NCBI GenBank assembly: GCA_040879685.1
Contig: JBBDJW010000005.1
Span: 21,741 to 85,740 of the forward strand
Direction: 5' to 3'
From: Minisyncoccota bacterium
GTDB lineage: Bacteria; Patescibacteriota; Minisyncoccia; Phycocordibacterales; UBA2135
DNA length: 64,000 nt
Translations under genes and position numbers: made by a program
Notes under the pieces: generated by a model
Told to the model about the DNA's origin: nothing
What the model saw: the letters and a program-made list of their open reading frames with translations, nothing else
Database searches by the model: none
Shown here: positions 10,239 through 19,495 of the stretch, one piece after another
How the letters are laid out: the number at the start of each line of letters is the position of its first letter
How positions within the stretch are numbered: position 1 is the first letter of the stretch

Positions 10239-10847
10239 TTAGCGTCTATTTTCCATTGCCGCCTTAATGGTGTCGGCATCTGAATACTCAAGTTCAGTGC
10301 CCGTTGAAAGTCCACGACCTAGTGTAGTAATAGTAAAACCGTGTTTTTTCGAGAGTGGGATAAGATAACGCCTAATTTCATCTCCTGTGTGATCGCCCTC
10401 GGGGTTTGCAGAGAGCGCAATAATAATTTCCTTTAATCCTTCTTCACGCGCGCGTTTCTCTACCAAAGAAGAGAGCGAGTGTAGGTAGGGTTCGCTCTCG
10501 TCTGTGTTTCTAAGCGAGAGAAGTCCGCCGAGTACAAAATATTTTCCTTCATAGAGAGAAGCTTTTTTGACCGCCTCCATATCAATATCTTTTGCGACAA
10601 TCATTAAGAGTGAACTGTCGGCATTTTTATCAGAACAGGTAGCGCAGTAATTAGAGACGCCCTCAAAATAGCTGTGGCAAGACTCACACTTTATCATAGT
10701 GCTCTTAAGATTTTGTAGATTTACAACTAATTCTTCAATGAATGTGGGATGGGTGCGTAGCAAAAAATAAACAAACCGCTCAGCTTGACGGCTTCCAATA
10801 CCAGGAAATTTCATAAAAAGTGACACGAGTTTATCTTTCGTTCTCAT
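10239..10847 (-). CDS. recR: Recombination mediator RecR
   Basis: FPGIGSRQAER HhH, CxxC-x9-CxxC, TOPRIM NPEGD, ELEYSD. Confidence 0.95.
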   Translation of the reverse strand: MRTKDKLVSLFMKFPGIGSRQAERFVYFLLRTHPTFIEELVVNLQNLKSTMIKCESCHSYFEGVSNYCATCSDKNADSSLLMIVAKDIDMEAVKKASLYEGKYFVLGGLLSLRNTDESEPYLHSLSSLVEKRAREEGLKEIIIALSANPEGDHTGDEIRRYLIPLSKKHGFTITTLGRGLSTGTELEYSDADTIKAAMENRR

Positions 10848-10853
10848 GGGGTA

Positions 10854-12254
10854 TTAAAATTCTTCTCCACGGGATTCCTCACCCTCACTTTGGATGCCAA
10901 CATCTTTTTCAAGAGATATGAAGGTCGCTCTCTTTTCATCAAAGTAAAGTTCTATTTTACCGGTTGGTCCGTTACGGTGCTTCTCTATGTGAATCTCTGT
11001 GATATTGGTCTTCTCTTCATCATCACGATATTTATCATCGCGGTGGATGAACATTACCACATCAGCGTCTTGCTCAATGGAGCCAGAATCACGAAGGTCG
11101 GAAAGGCGTGGCTTGTCGCGACGGTGCTCAATGGCACGTGAGAGCTGTGAGAGAGCAATGACAGGGATATCAAGCTCGCGAGCAAGTCCCTTAAGCGAGC
11201 GAGAGACTTCTGATACTTGGTGCACCATCATCTCATAATTTTTAGTAGGGGTAATAAGCTGAAGATAATCAATAATAATAAGCTGAAGATCATGCTCTCG
11301 CTTCATCTTTCTTGCAATACTGCGAATTTGAAGGATTGTTAACGAGGATTGGTCATCAATATAAATTGGTGCTTGTGAGAGAGTGTCAAGCGCTGTTCGG
11401 ATACGGGAGAAATCTTCGTCATTGGAAAGTTGTCCTGTGCGGAGTTTCCATGCATTAACGCGAGACTGTGCAGCGAGCATCCTGTCTACAAGCTGTTGTG
11501 AGCCCATCTCAAGCGAAAAAATGCCTACAGGGATATTATGTTCACAGGCCGCCTTTCGTGCAATATCAAGGGCAAGGGTTGATTTTCCCATTGAAGGACG
11601 CGCGGCAAGAATGACAAGGTCTGATTTTTGAAATCCTGAAAGTAAATCATCAAGCGCCTTGTAACCGCTTGGGATGCCTCGCATCCCCTTCTCGCCCTTA
11701 TGAAGTTTATCAAGCCTGTCCCATGCTTCAGCGAGTGTATCTTTCAAAGTAATAAATGTTTTTTTGGAGCTTGTATTGTTAGTGATTTCAAAAATTTTCT
11801 TCTCACACTGATCCATGAGATCTTCAATTTCCCTGTCTTCATTAAAGCCTAGCTCACCGATAAAATCAGAGGCATTAATAAGCTCTCGAAGAATATGTTT
11901 CTTTTGTATAATTTCAGCATAGTGTTTTACGTTTGTAGAAGAAGGAACCGCACTAACAAGTTCAGTTAAGTATGAACGGCCTCCAACTAAGTCAAGTTTC
12001 TTCTGGTCTTCCATGCGAGAGGAGAGAGAGAGAAGGTCAATAGGCTCTTTTTTATTGTGGAGCCAAAGCATCACTTCATAGATAATTTTATGTTTTGAGG
12101 CATAAAATGATTCAGGAGTAACAGTTTCGCCAATTTCAAAAATCGCATCAGGACGAAGCATAATAGAGCCAAGTAATGCCTTTTCTGCTTCAAGAGCTTG
12201 AGGAGGAACGCGCGTTCCTGTTGTTATTTCGTTATAAGGAGACTTCTGCGCCAT
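10854..12254 (-). CDS. dnaB: Replicative DNA helicase
   Basis: AARPSMGKS, FSLEM, IDYLQL, LSQLSR, DLRDSGSIEQDAD, KHRNGPTG. Confidence 0.98.
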   Translation of the reverse strand: MAQKSPYNEITTGTRVPPQALEAEKALLGSIMLRPDAIFEIGETVTPESFYASKHKIIYEVMLWLHNKKEPIDLLSLSSRMEDQKKLDLVGGRSYLTELVSAVPSSTNVKHYAEIIQKKHILRELINASDFIGELGFNEDREIEDLMDQCEKKIFEITNNTSSKKTFITLKDTLAEAWDRLDKLHKGEKGMRGIPSGYKALDDLLSGFQKSDLVILAARPSMGKSTLALDIARKAACEHNIPVGIFSLEMGSQQLVDRMLAAQSRVNAWKLRTGQLSNDEDFSRIRTALDTLSQAPIYIDDQSSLTILQIRSIARKMKREHDLQLIIIDYLQLITPTKNYEMMVHQVSEVSRSLKGLARELDIPVIALSQLSRAIEHRRDKPRLSDLRDSGSIEQDADVVMFIHRDDKYRDDEEKTNITEIHIEKHRNGPTGKIELYFDEKRATFISLEKDVGIQSEGEESRGEEF

Positions 12255-12419
12255 TTCTTTATGGTAGCACAGAGGAAGTGCTGAGGCATCTTGAGGGACC
12301 TGTAAAACATGTGTTTAAGTTGGGGACTAGGGGCTAGCTAGGAGGCTAGGACTCGGAGTGATATCTTTATTTCGGTTGTTGTTGGGCCGGAGACTAGGAA
12401 CATTACCTCGCCACCCTCT

Positions 12420-13811
12420 TTAAAGTTTTTTTGTTATCTCTTGACCTTCGGGCGTGTCTTTCACAGAATATCCCGCTTTTTCTATTTTTTTGCGAAGTGA
12501 ATCAGAGCGTGCCCAATCTTCTTCTTCACGTGCTCCCTTTCTCTCATCTGCGAGAACTTCAACGTGAGCGGGGAGAGGTTCTTTTTTGAGATCAGCAAAC
12601 CCAAGTCCAAAAACTCTATCAAAGTCTTTTAACAACTCTTTTTTTTCTTTTTCACCCAATCCATCATCTTTTACTATAATCCAAAGAAGAGCAAGAGCCC
12701 CCGGGGCATCAATGTCATCCTCAATATACTCTTTAAATCTATCTCCATATTCTTTTGCTCTTTCTTCTCCTCGAGAATCAGTTTCATCAAGTGAAAGATA
12801 GAACAGAGAGAGTTTTGAAAGACTACGTGATGCTCCCTCAAGCGCCTCCCATGTAAAATTAATAAGAGTACGGTAGTGGGCACCAAGAAGTAAGTAGCGA
12901 TAGGCAAGAGGAGAGATTCCTTTCTCACTCACATCAAAAAGTGTAGTAAAATTTCCTAATGATTTAGACATCTTTTCATTTTCTATCAAAAGATGGTTAT
13001 TATGCATAAAGTAACGAACAAATGTTTTCCCCGTTGCGGCCTCTGATTGGGCAACTTCATTGGTGTGATGTGTTGGAATATGATCTATACCACTTGTGTG
13101 AATATCTAATGTCTCACCAAGGTACTTCATTGCCATCGCTGAACACTCAGTATGCCACCCTGGAAACCCTTTCCCCCAAGGAGAATCCCATTCTTGTGCG
13201 CGGTGTGTATCCTTTTTTGAAAATTTCCAAAGTGCAAAATCTGTTGGGTATTTTTTTTCGGGATTTTTTTCTATACGTGCGCCCTCACGTAATCCAGAAA
13301 TATTAAGTCTGGCAAGTTTCCCATAGTCGGGGAATTTGCTCGTATTAAAATAAACACCATCACGTGTGGTATAGACATACCCTCTTTGCTCCAACTTTTT
13401 AATAAGAGCAATCTGTTCAGGAACATGTTCTGATGCTTTCGGAAATTCGGTACCCTTTGTTTTAATGTTGAGTGCGGCAAGGTCTTTTTTAAAACTCTCC
13501 ATATAAAACGTAGCTATCTCTTGTGGCGTTTTCTTTTCTTTAACAGCCTTTTGCAAAACCTTGTCTTCTCCTTCATCCGCGTCGGTTGTGAGATGCCCGA
13601 CATCTGTTATGTTGATAATTTGCGAGACCTTAAAACCTTCATATTCAAATATTCTGCGAAGTGTGTCGGCAAAGATATAGGCACGAAGATTCCCAAGATG
13701 AACAAAGTCATATACTGTTGGTCCGCAATGATACATAGAAACGTGTCCTGTGTTACGTGCGACAAAGAGCTCCTTGGTGCGTGTTTTAGTATTGTAAAGA
13801 TAAAGAGACAT
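12420..13811 (-). CDS. cysS: Cysteinyl-tRNA synthetase
   Basis: CGPTVY..HLGN, NITDVGH, DFALWK, PGWHTECSAM, KMSKS. Confidence 0.97.
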   Translation of the reverse strand: MSLYLYNTKTRTKELFVARNTGHVSMYHCGPTVYDFVHLGNLRAYIFADTLRRIFEYEGFKVSQIINITDVGHLTTDADEGEDKVLQKAVKEKKTPQEIATFYMESFKKDLAALNIKTKGTEFPKASEHVPEQIALIKKLEQRGYVYTTRDGVYFNTSKFPDYGKLARLNISGLREGARIEKNPEKKYPTDFALWKFSKKDTHRAQEWDSPWGKGFPGWHTECSAMAMKYLGETLDIHTSGIDHIPTHHTNEVAQSEAATGKTFVRYFMHNNHLLIENEKMSKSLGNFTTLFDVSEKGISPLAYRYLLLGAHYRTLINFTWEALEGASRSLSKLSLFYLSLDETDSRGEERAKEYGDRFKEYIEDDIDAPGALALLWIIVKDDGLGEKEKKELLKDFDRVFGLGFADLKKEPLPAHVEVLADERKGAREEEDWARSDSLRKKIEKAGYSVKDTPEGQEITKKL

Positions 13812-13962
13812 ACATAAAGTATATCACAGAGCACGAGTCATATAATACGTAGTATGTTAGCCATGAGGCAGGAGGGGAAATTAAAAATTATCATTAGCCA
13901 AAGACCTTAATCACTAATCATTGAATTGACCACACGCTCTTCCTCTGAGATAATAGAAACTT

Positions 13963-15192
13963 ATGAAGATGAAAAAAACATCTCTTTTCCGATTTCTCCT
14001 CATCACGCTCATTCTTATAGGAGGATCTTTTTTGCTGGGTTTCTATTTTGGTGAGCAGTCAGTCTCATATAAAGAGCGGGTCAGAGATATCTCCGAGAAA
14101 GACCCCTCTCTCCAATTCGGGGCGGTAGTAGTGAGTTTTGAGCCATTTTGGAAGACATGGAGTGTAATAGACGAGAAATTCGTAAGCACAGGGACAACAA
14201 CCGCAGAGGATCGTGTATGGGGCGCAATAGAGGGGTTGGTAAATTCATTGAATGATCCGTATTCTGTTTTTCTTCCACCTGATGACGCGGAGATTTTTAA
14301 CGAGAATATAATCGGTAATTTTGGAGGAGTTGGCATGGAGATTGGTATCCGTGATGGCGTGTTAACTGTTGTTGCACCACTCAAGGATACACCAGCAGAA
14401 AAAGCGGGAATAGAGACAGGTGATAAGATTTTAGAGGTTGATGGTGTTGTTACCACTAAAATGCGCACCGACGAAGCGGTGAAGCTTATTCGGGGAGAGA
14501 TGGGCACTAAAGTTGAACTTACCATTTCACGCGAAGGGGTAGAAGAAGCTTTTATTGTTGAGATTGTTCGCGGAAACATCTCTATACCTACCATAGAGAC
14601 AACACTGCGAGATGATGGGATTTTTATGATTGAGCTTTACAGCTTTACTGCTGTCTCGCCACAGCTTTTCGAACAGGCACTCCAGGAGTTTGTTTTGAAA
14701 GGGAATGGAAAACTCATTCTTGACCTGCGTAATAATCCCGGTGGCTTTTTAGATGCCGCGGTTGATATGGCAAGCTGGTTCTTGCCGGCTGGTACAATTA
14801 TTGTTTCTGAAAATTTTGGTGAAAAGAAAGAAAGTGTTACGTATAGAAGTAAAGGGTATGATATTTTCAATACCGATGTACTTAACATGGTAGTTCTCAT
14901 AAACGAAGGCTCTGCGTCTGCTTCGGAGATTTTGGCAGGAGCACTTTCCGAGCATGGTGTTGCGACACTTATCGGTGAGCAGAGTTTCGGAAAGGGGAGT
15001 GTGCAGGAGCTTGTAAAGATTACTAAAGATACCTCTTTAAAGATTACTGTTGCAGAATGGAAAACACCGCAAGGAAAATCATTCAGTAAAGAAGGGCTTA
15101 TTCCTGATATTGAAATTGAACTGACAACAGAAGACAGAGAGGCAAACCGCGACCCGCAGGTTGAAAAGGCGGTAGAGTTTTTGTTAGAGTAG
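13963..15192 (+). CDS. S41 family C-terminal processing protease (PDZ + peptidase), N-terminal membrane anchor
   Basis: DPYS, GGVGMEI, DLRNNPGG, SASASEI, FGKGSVQ. Confidence 0.95.
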   Translation: MKMKKTSLFRFLLITLILIGGSFLLGFYFGEQSVSYKERVRDISEKDPSLQFGAVVVSFEPFWKTWSVIDEKFVSTGTTTAEDRVWGAIEGLVNSLNDPYSVFLPPDDAEIFNENIIGNFGGVGMEIGIRDGVLTVVAPLKDTPAEKAGIETGDKILEVDGVVTTKMRTDEAVKLIRGEMGTKVELTISREGVEEAFIVEIVRGNISIPTIETTLRDDGIFMIELYSFTAVSPQLFEQALQEFVLKGNGKLILDLRNNPGGFLDAAVDMASWFLPAGTIIVSENFGEKKESVTYRSKGYDIFNTDVLNMVVLINEGSASASEILAGALSEHGVATLIGEQSFGKGSVQELVKITKDTSLKITVAEWKTPQGKSFSKEGLIPDIEIELTTEDREANRDPQVEKAVEFLLE

Positions 15193-15199
15193 AAACATC

Positions 15200-15646
15200 A
15201 TGCGTATTATTTTGTTACAAGATATTGCCAAGATAGGCAAAAAATATGAAGAAAAAAATATTGCAAACGGCTATGCTCGCAACGCTCTTATTCCGCAAGG
15301 TAAGGCCATACTTGCAACGCCTGAAAACAGGAAACATGTTGCCACAAAAAAAGAGGTGAGAGAACAAAAGTGGCAGGATAAGGAAGAGCGCTTAGAGAAA
15401 GCACTCTCCGGTCTTTCAGATGAAAAGATCACCGTGAGGGTTAAGGCGAATGAAAAAGGACACCTTTTTGCAGGTATCGGGAAAGAAGAGATAAGTGCAC
15501 TTCTTAAAAAAGAGGGGATTATAGATATTGAGCCACGCTTTATTGAGTGTGACGGAGTGATAAAAGAAGTAGGAGAGCATAGTGTTGGACTTTATTTAGG
15601 TGATAAAAAAGGAGAGATAGTGCTTAGAGTTCAGGCTGAAGAGTAA
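15200..15646 (+). CDS. rplI: 50S ribosomal protein L9
   Basis: MRIILLQDI..IGK, GYARNALIP, GHLFAGI. Confidence 0.94.
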   Translation: MRIILLQDIAKIGKKYEEKNIANGYARNALIPQGKAILATPENRKHVATKKEVREQKWQDKEERLEKALSGLSDEKITVRVKANEKGHLFAGIGKEEISALLKKEGIIDIEPRFIECDGVIKEVGEHSVGLYLGDKKGEIVLRVQAEE

Positions 15647-15686
15647 AAAAATAAACGACTCAATTCATGAGTCGTTTATTTTTTTT
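15646..15686. terminator. Bidirectional intrinsic terminator between convergent rplI and rpmA
   Basis: AAAAAAATAAACGACTCA-ATTCA-TGAGTCGTTTATTTTTTT. Confidence 0.8.
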
Positions 15687-15717
15687 ACTTCCTTTATATG
15701 GTTCCTTGGTGGAATCT

Positions 15718-15990
15718 TTATTTCACGTTTGCTTGTTTTTTGCGGATGATCTTGCCGGTAAAATGTGTTTTTCGGACAGAGGTAAATTTTACAATACCAT
15801 CTTTAAGAGCAAAGAGAGTGTGATCTTTTCCTGCACGAACATTTTCTCCAGGGATAATTTTTGTCCCTCGCTGACGCACGATAACAGAACTCCTTTGCGC
15901 CTTCTGGCCGTCGTAGAGTTTTGTACCAAGATATTTTGGGTTTGAATCTCGAAGATTTTTTGCAGAACCTCCGGCTTTTCTATGTGCCAT
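15718..15990 (-). CDS. rpmA: 50S ribosomal protein L27
   Basis: [25 protein letters not shown]. Confidence 0.97.
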   Translation of the reverse strand: MAHRKAGGSAKNLRDSNPKYLGTKLYDGQKAQRSSVIVRQRGTKIIPGENVRAGKDHTLFALKDGIVKFTSVRKTHFTGKIIRKKQANVK

Positions 15991-16076
15991 AATCTCTTTA
16001 ATCTCTTTTTTTACTGGGCATATTTCTTTTTAGGTGTATGCCTCCCAAGAGATTTTTTATCTGTTATACTAGAATA

Positions 16077-16451
16077 ATGTTGACTATCATACAGAATTTT
16101 GTTTTAAAAATCAAGTCTTTTCGCGACATGATGAATCGCAGAGAAGATCTTTTTCTTGTAACCCTTATTGTCCTTGTGGGGCTGGGGAGCTTCGGTCTTG
16201 GAAGACTCTCGGCGATAGAGCAAGGTGAAGTAAGAATAGAGTCGGTATCGGCGCTCTCTAGAGATGCGACTGGCTCGCTGGAAGATCAAGGAAAGGGAGG
16301 TTTTGTGGGTTCAATAAACAGCACAAAATATCACGCACCGTGGTGCTCGGGAGCTTCACGTATTGCACGAGAAAATGAAATTTGGTTTGCTTCAGAAGAA
16401 GAGGCACAGCGGGCAGGGTATACTCCGGCGGCAAACTGCAAAGGAATTTAA
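16077..16451 (+). CDS. Membrane-anchored protein with C-terminal Ada-type metal-binding domain
   Basis: TM helix followed by GSINSTKYH..WC...I...N..WF.SEEEA..AGY.PA.NC. Start chosen at the ATG 6 nt after TGtTATACT. Confidence 0.75.
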   Translation: MLTIIQNFVLKIKSFRDMMNRREDLFLVTLIVLVGLGSFGLGRLSAIEQGEVRIESVSALSRDATGSLEDQGKGGFVGSINSTKYHAPWCSGASRIARENEIWFASEEEAQRAGYTPAANCKGI

Positions 16452-16482
16452 TTTAGTCAGCAATTATGTTACGATTATTGAT

Positions 16483-17232
16483 ATGAGAGAAGATGTTGCA
16501 CGAACATTAGAAGAGGTAGATAGGGGAGCTGAAGCACCGAAAGGGGAGAAGTATATCCCCAATAAGGTGAGTTTTTGGCGTCTCATTGCTATTTTGAGGG
16601 AGTTTCAAAAGGGATTTAATCTTATTCAAAAATATTCACTTGCAGTGACATTTTTTGGATCTTCTCGGGAGTGTCTCTCAAAAGAAACATACGCAGAAGT
16701 TACTAAACTCGCTCGCATACTTTCAAAAGACGGCTTTACCGTAATTACCGGAGGAGGTGGGGGTGTTATGGGTGCGGCAAACAAGGGGGCTCATGAGGCA
16801 GGAGGGGATTCTGTTGGGGTAAATATTAAACTTCCTCATGAACAAAATCTTAACAAGTACACAACAGATTCTAAGGAATTTAAATATTTCTTTATTAGAA
16901 AGATAATGCTCTCGTTTGCTTCTGAAGCATATATTTTTTTCCCTGGAGGTTACGGTACCTTAGATGAGTTTTTTGAGATTATTACACTTATTCAGACAAA
17001 GAAAATTCAACCGATTCCTGTTGTGCTTGTGGGAAAGAGTTATTGGTCTCCTCTTATAGAGTGGATAAACAAAACACTTTATGAAAAAAAAGGCACGATT
17101 AATAAGGAAGATTTAGAAATTTTTTTTCTTGTTGATAACGCCGAAGAAGCACACAAAGCAACACATCTTCTTCTTAAAAAACTTTGTCCAACGTGCCTCG
17201 CTGACCATGGAGTAGCGGAGAAATGTGAGTGA
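16483..17232 (+). CDS. LOG/TIGR00730 family Rossmann-fold protein (nucleotide phosphoribohydrolase-like)
   Basis: FFGSSR, ITGGGGGVMGAANKGA, FFIRK, PGGYGTLDE. Confidence 0.92.
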   Translation: MREDVARTLEEVDRGAEAPKGEKYIPNKVSFWRLIAILREFQKGFNLIQKYSLAVTFFGSSRECLSKETYAEVTKLARILSKDGFTVITGGGGGVMGAANKGAHEAGGDSVGVNIKLPHEQNLNKYTTDSKEFKYFFIRKIMLSFASEAYIFFPGGYGTLDEFFEIITLIQTKKIQPIPVVLVGKSYWSPLIEWINKTLYEKKGTINKEDLEIFFLVDNAEEAHKATHLLLKKLCPTCLADHGVAEKCE

Positions 17233-17354
17233 ACAGAGCGCATAGTTTTTAGATTTTAGGATGCATCTCACCGTCGGGAAAGACAAGGTGGGTGCAAATG
17301 ATTAAAAAAACGATAGGGGATAGGGTTTTTGCGCCCTTGTTTCTCTATCTTATC

Positions 17355-17382
17355 GTGTCGCACAATATACATTTTACGTAGG
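17355..17382. other. Putative dif/Xer-type recombination site
   Basis: GTGTCGCACAA-TATACA-TTTTACGTAGG has an 11-6-11 layout. The left arm resembles the XerC arm GGTGCGCATAA and the spacer is the reverse complement of TGTATA. Confidence 0.5.
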
Positions 17383-17631
17383 TAAGAATATCAATAAAGA
17401 AGGTAATAGTTACTACCTTCTGAATTTTACTTTCTAATTCCTACTTCTAGTTTCAACAGTTGTAATTTTCCGAAAGTTATAGACCTTGTGACGTAACACC
17501 TCTCGTTACCGTGTTATACTTCCGAAGTATAATACGGTAACTGAGAAGTCCGACTCCTCAGTAACTCCTCAGTAGAGTGCTCAATACAAAAAATATTCCT
17601 AAAAACTCCCCTATGCCTTTCCATTCCATAT

Positions 17632-17650
17632 ACACAAGTCTGACTTGTGT
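17632..17650. repeat. REP-like palindrome family A, single copy
   Basis: ACACAAGTC-T-GACTTGTGT, also at 30067-30085 and 30101-30119. Confidence 0.85.
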
Positions 17651-17818
17651 GGTAAGGAATGATGGTGAGAATGCACTTCAAATTCGGTAAACAGATAAAT
17701 AGGTAAATACTACTCAAGACATTGAAAGGCTTCATAAAGACGACGCGCTTTCTTATCCCCTTCTTTTGAAAAAACATTCTCAAGCGCGCATAAAAAAGTA
17801 AAAAGTAATGCGTGCCAA

Positions 17819-17860
17819 TCACAATACTCCAATATTCTATAGAATGTTGGAGTATTGTGA
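17819..17860. terminator. 42-nt near-perfect palindrome downstream of the minus-strand operon, possible terminator or cruciform
   Basis: TCACAATACTCCAATATTCTA|TAGAATGTTGGAGTATTGTGA, one G.T pair. Confidence 0.55.
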
Positions 17861-17878
17861 AGAGTGTTTTTTATAAAA

Positions 17879-18190
17879 TCAGCGTGTTATTACCGGAGCG
17901 TTCAGCTCAAAATCATGCGGCTCTCCTACTTTGATGCGTTCAAGGTTGTCTACAAAACTGCTCCAGAGCAAGTCTATAAAAATATTGTTCCAGAAATATA
18001 AAACGGGGCTTGCAAGATGTTCATTCCAAACATATTTTGCTCCTTCAACAATATATTCAATATTTTTTTGTGTTGTTGGCTGGTCAATAAAAGATTTAAT
18101 ATCAAAGTTAAAATAACTCAAAACAAGAACGCCTAAAACAATAAGAATAATAAGTTTTATGAGCCCTTTGTTTTTTTGATGTGCGTACAT
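17879..18190 (-). CDS. Small membrane protein of unknown function
   Basis: KNKG followed by a hydrophobic helix (prepilin-like N-terminus), 9 nt downstream of the M23 peptidase gene. Confidence 0.75.
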   Translation of the reverse strand: MYAHQKNKGLIKLIILIVLGVLVLSYFNFDIKSFIDQPTTQKNIEYIVEGAKYVWNEHLASPVLYFWNNIFIDLLWSSFVDNLERIKVGEPHDFELNAPVITR

Positions 18191-18199
18191 AATTTTATT

Positions 18200-19495
18200 C
18201 TACTCCAAGCGTGGGAGATATGAAAGCGGATTAAGATAGCCGTTTTTTGCAGAGAGCGGAAGCGTGAGTTCAACACCGCATACGCGACTAATATATTTTT
18301 CGGTATCTTGCCCGGAGATACCAACTGCTTTTGTCGCAAAAACAGCAAAGTGAAGATGGGGTCCTGTTGAGTAGCCGGTATTACCCGAGTAGCCAATAAT
18401 CTGCCCCTCTTGTACCTCCTGTCCAACTGAGACGCTCTGAAGCGAAAGATGAGCATAGAGTGTTGAGAGGCCATTGAAGTGCTCAACCAAAATCCACTTT
18501 CCGTATGAGACCCGATAACATTGTGAGTCGGTATCAGCTACACCGCGAACAATACCGCCTGAAGAAGAACGAACCGGTGTCCCGACACTTGCACGAAAAT
18601 CTATACCGTTATGTCCCCCGCCATTATAAACTTGCGGATTTGCTGTTGCAAAAGGGGTAGTACCAAAATATTGCGTGATATAAAGAGAGTCAAGGGGCCA
18701 TCGCAAGACACCCGTTCCGGTGCTTGGCAGTGAGTTAGGGTCAATCTCAATACGAAGTCGCTCCTCAAACTCAAGAATTTCTTTCTCCAGAGCCTCTTTT
18801 TTGGCAAGGCGCACTTCAAGAATTTGCTGGTAATTCGCCTCCTTATTTTTTGTATCTTCCAAAAGCCGTGCCTTCTCTTCCTGGTTTATCTCCACAAGAA
18901 GTCTCTGGTTGGAGAGTTGTTGCTGATGAGCGATAAGGCTTCTTCTTTCTTTCTCATGCGCGTCTCGCTTCTCTTCAAGAGCTCTCTCTAGCTCTGAAAG
19001 TTCTCGTAGGCTTGTCTGCACACTTGCTTGAAAACGTTCTATATTTTCAACATTGTCCCAAAAGGCAGAAAAACTATTCCCTGAAAAAATAATTTCCACC
19101 AGAGATTGCGATTCAAGCTCGTGGAGGATTCGCAGTGTTTGTGAAAGGTCTCCCACATTTTCTTTTATCTCTCTTCGCTTCTCTATAATTTCCGTTTCAA
19201 GAGAAAAAATAGACGAAGCGGTCTCTTGTATATCCCCTTGCGTTGTTTTAATATTTCCTCGGAGTCTTCTCTCTGAGACATCAAGACGGTCAAGCTCCCC
19301 TTCAAGTGTTTTTGCTTCTTCTTGTGTCTCTTCAACACGCTCTTTATACTCCTCAATTTCACGGTTCAACTCTTTGATTTGGTGTGCTCGATTGCTGATG
19401 AGATTACGCAAGTCATCTAAAATACCCGCGCTTGCATGTGCGGGAAAAAAGAGTGTAAAAAGTATTAAAAATAAAAAAAATATACTATTTCTCAT
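18200..19495 (-). CDS. Secreted coiled-coil M23 peptidase (EnvC/peptidoglycan endopeptidase-like)
   Basis: Signal peptide, long coiled coil, HNGID, YAHLS, STGPHLHF. Confidence 0.93.
   Translation of the reverse strand: MRNSIFFLFLILFTLFFPAHASAGILDDLRNLISNRAHQIKELNREIEEYKERVEETQEEAKTLEGELDRLDVSERRLRGNIKTTQGDIQETASSIFSLETEIIEKRREIKENVGDLSQTLRILHELESQSLVEIIFSGNSFSAFWDNVENIERFQASVQTSLRELSELERALEEKRDAHEKERRSLIAHQQQLSNQRLLVEINQEEKARLLEDTKNKEANYQQILEVRLAKKEALEKEILEFEERLRIEIDPNSLPSTGTGVLRWPLDSLYITQYFGTTPFATANPQVYNGGGHNGIDFRASVGTPVRSSSGGIVRGVADTDSQCYRVSYGKWILVEHFNGLSTLYAHLSLQSVSVGQEVQEGQIIGYSGNTGYSTGPHLHFAVFATKAVGISGQDTEKYISRVCGVELTLPLSAKNGYLNPLSYLPRLE

Noticed and set aside
17514-17822. 102-aa ORF as a real gene
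   Set aside because: It runs through palindromes, has a GTG start without signals and shows no recognisable motif.
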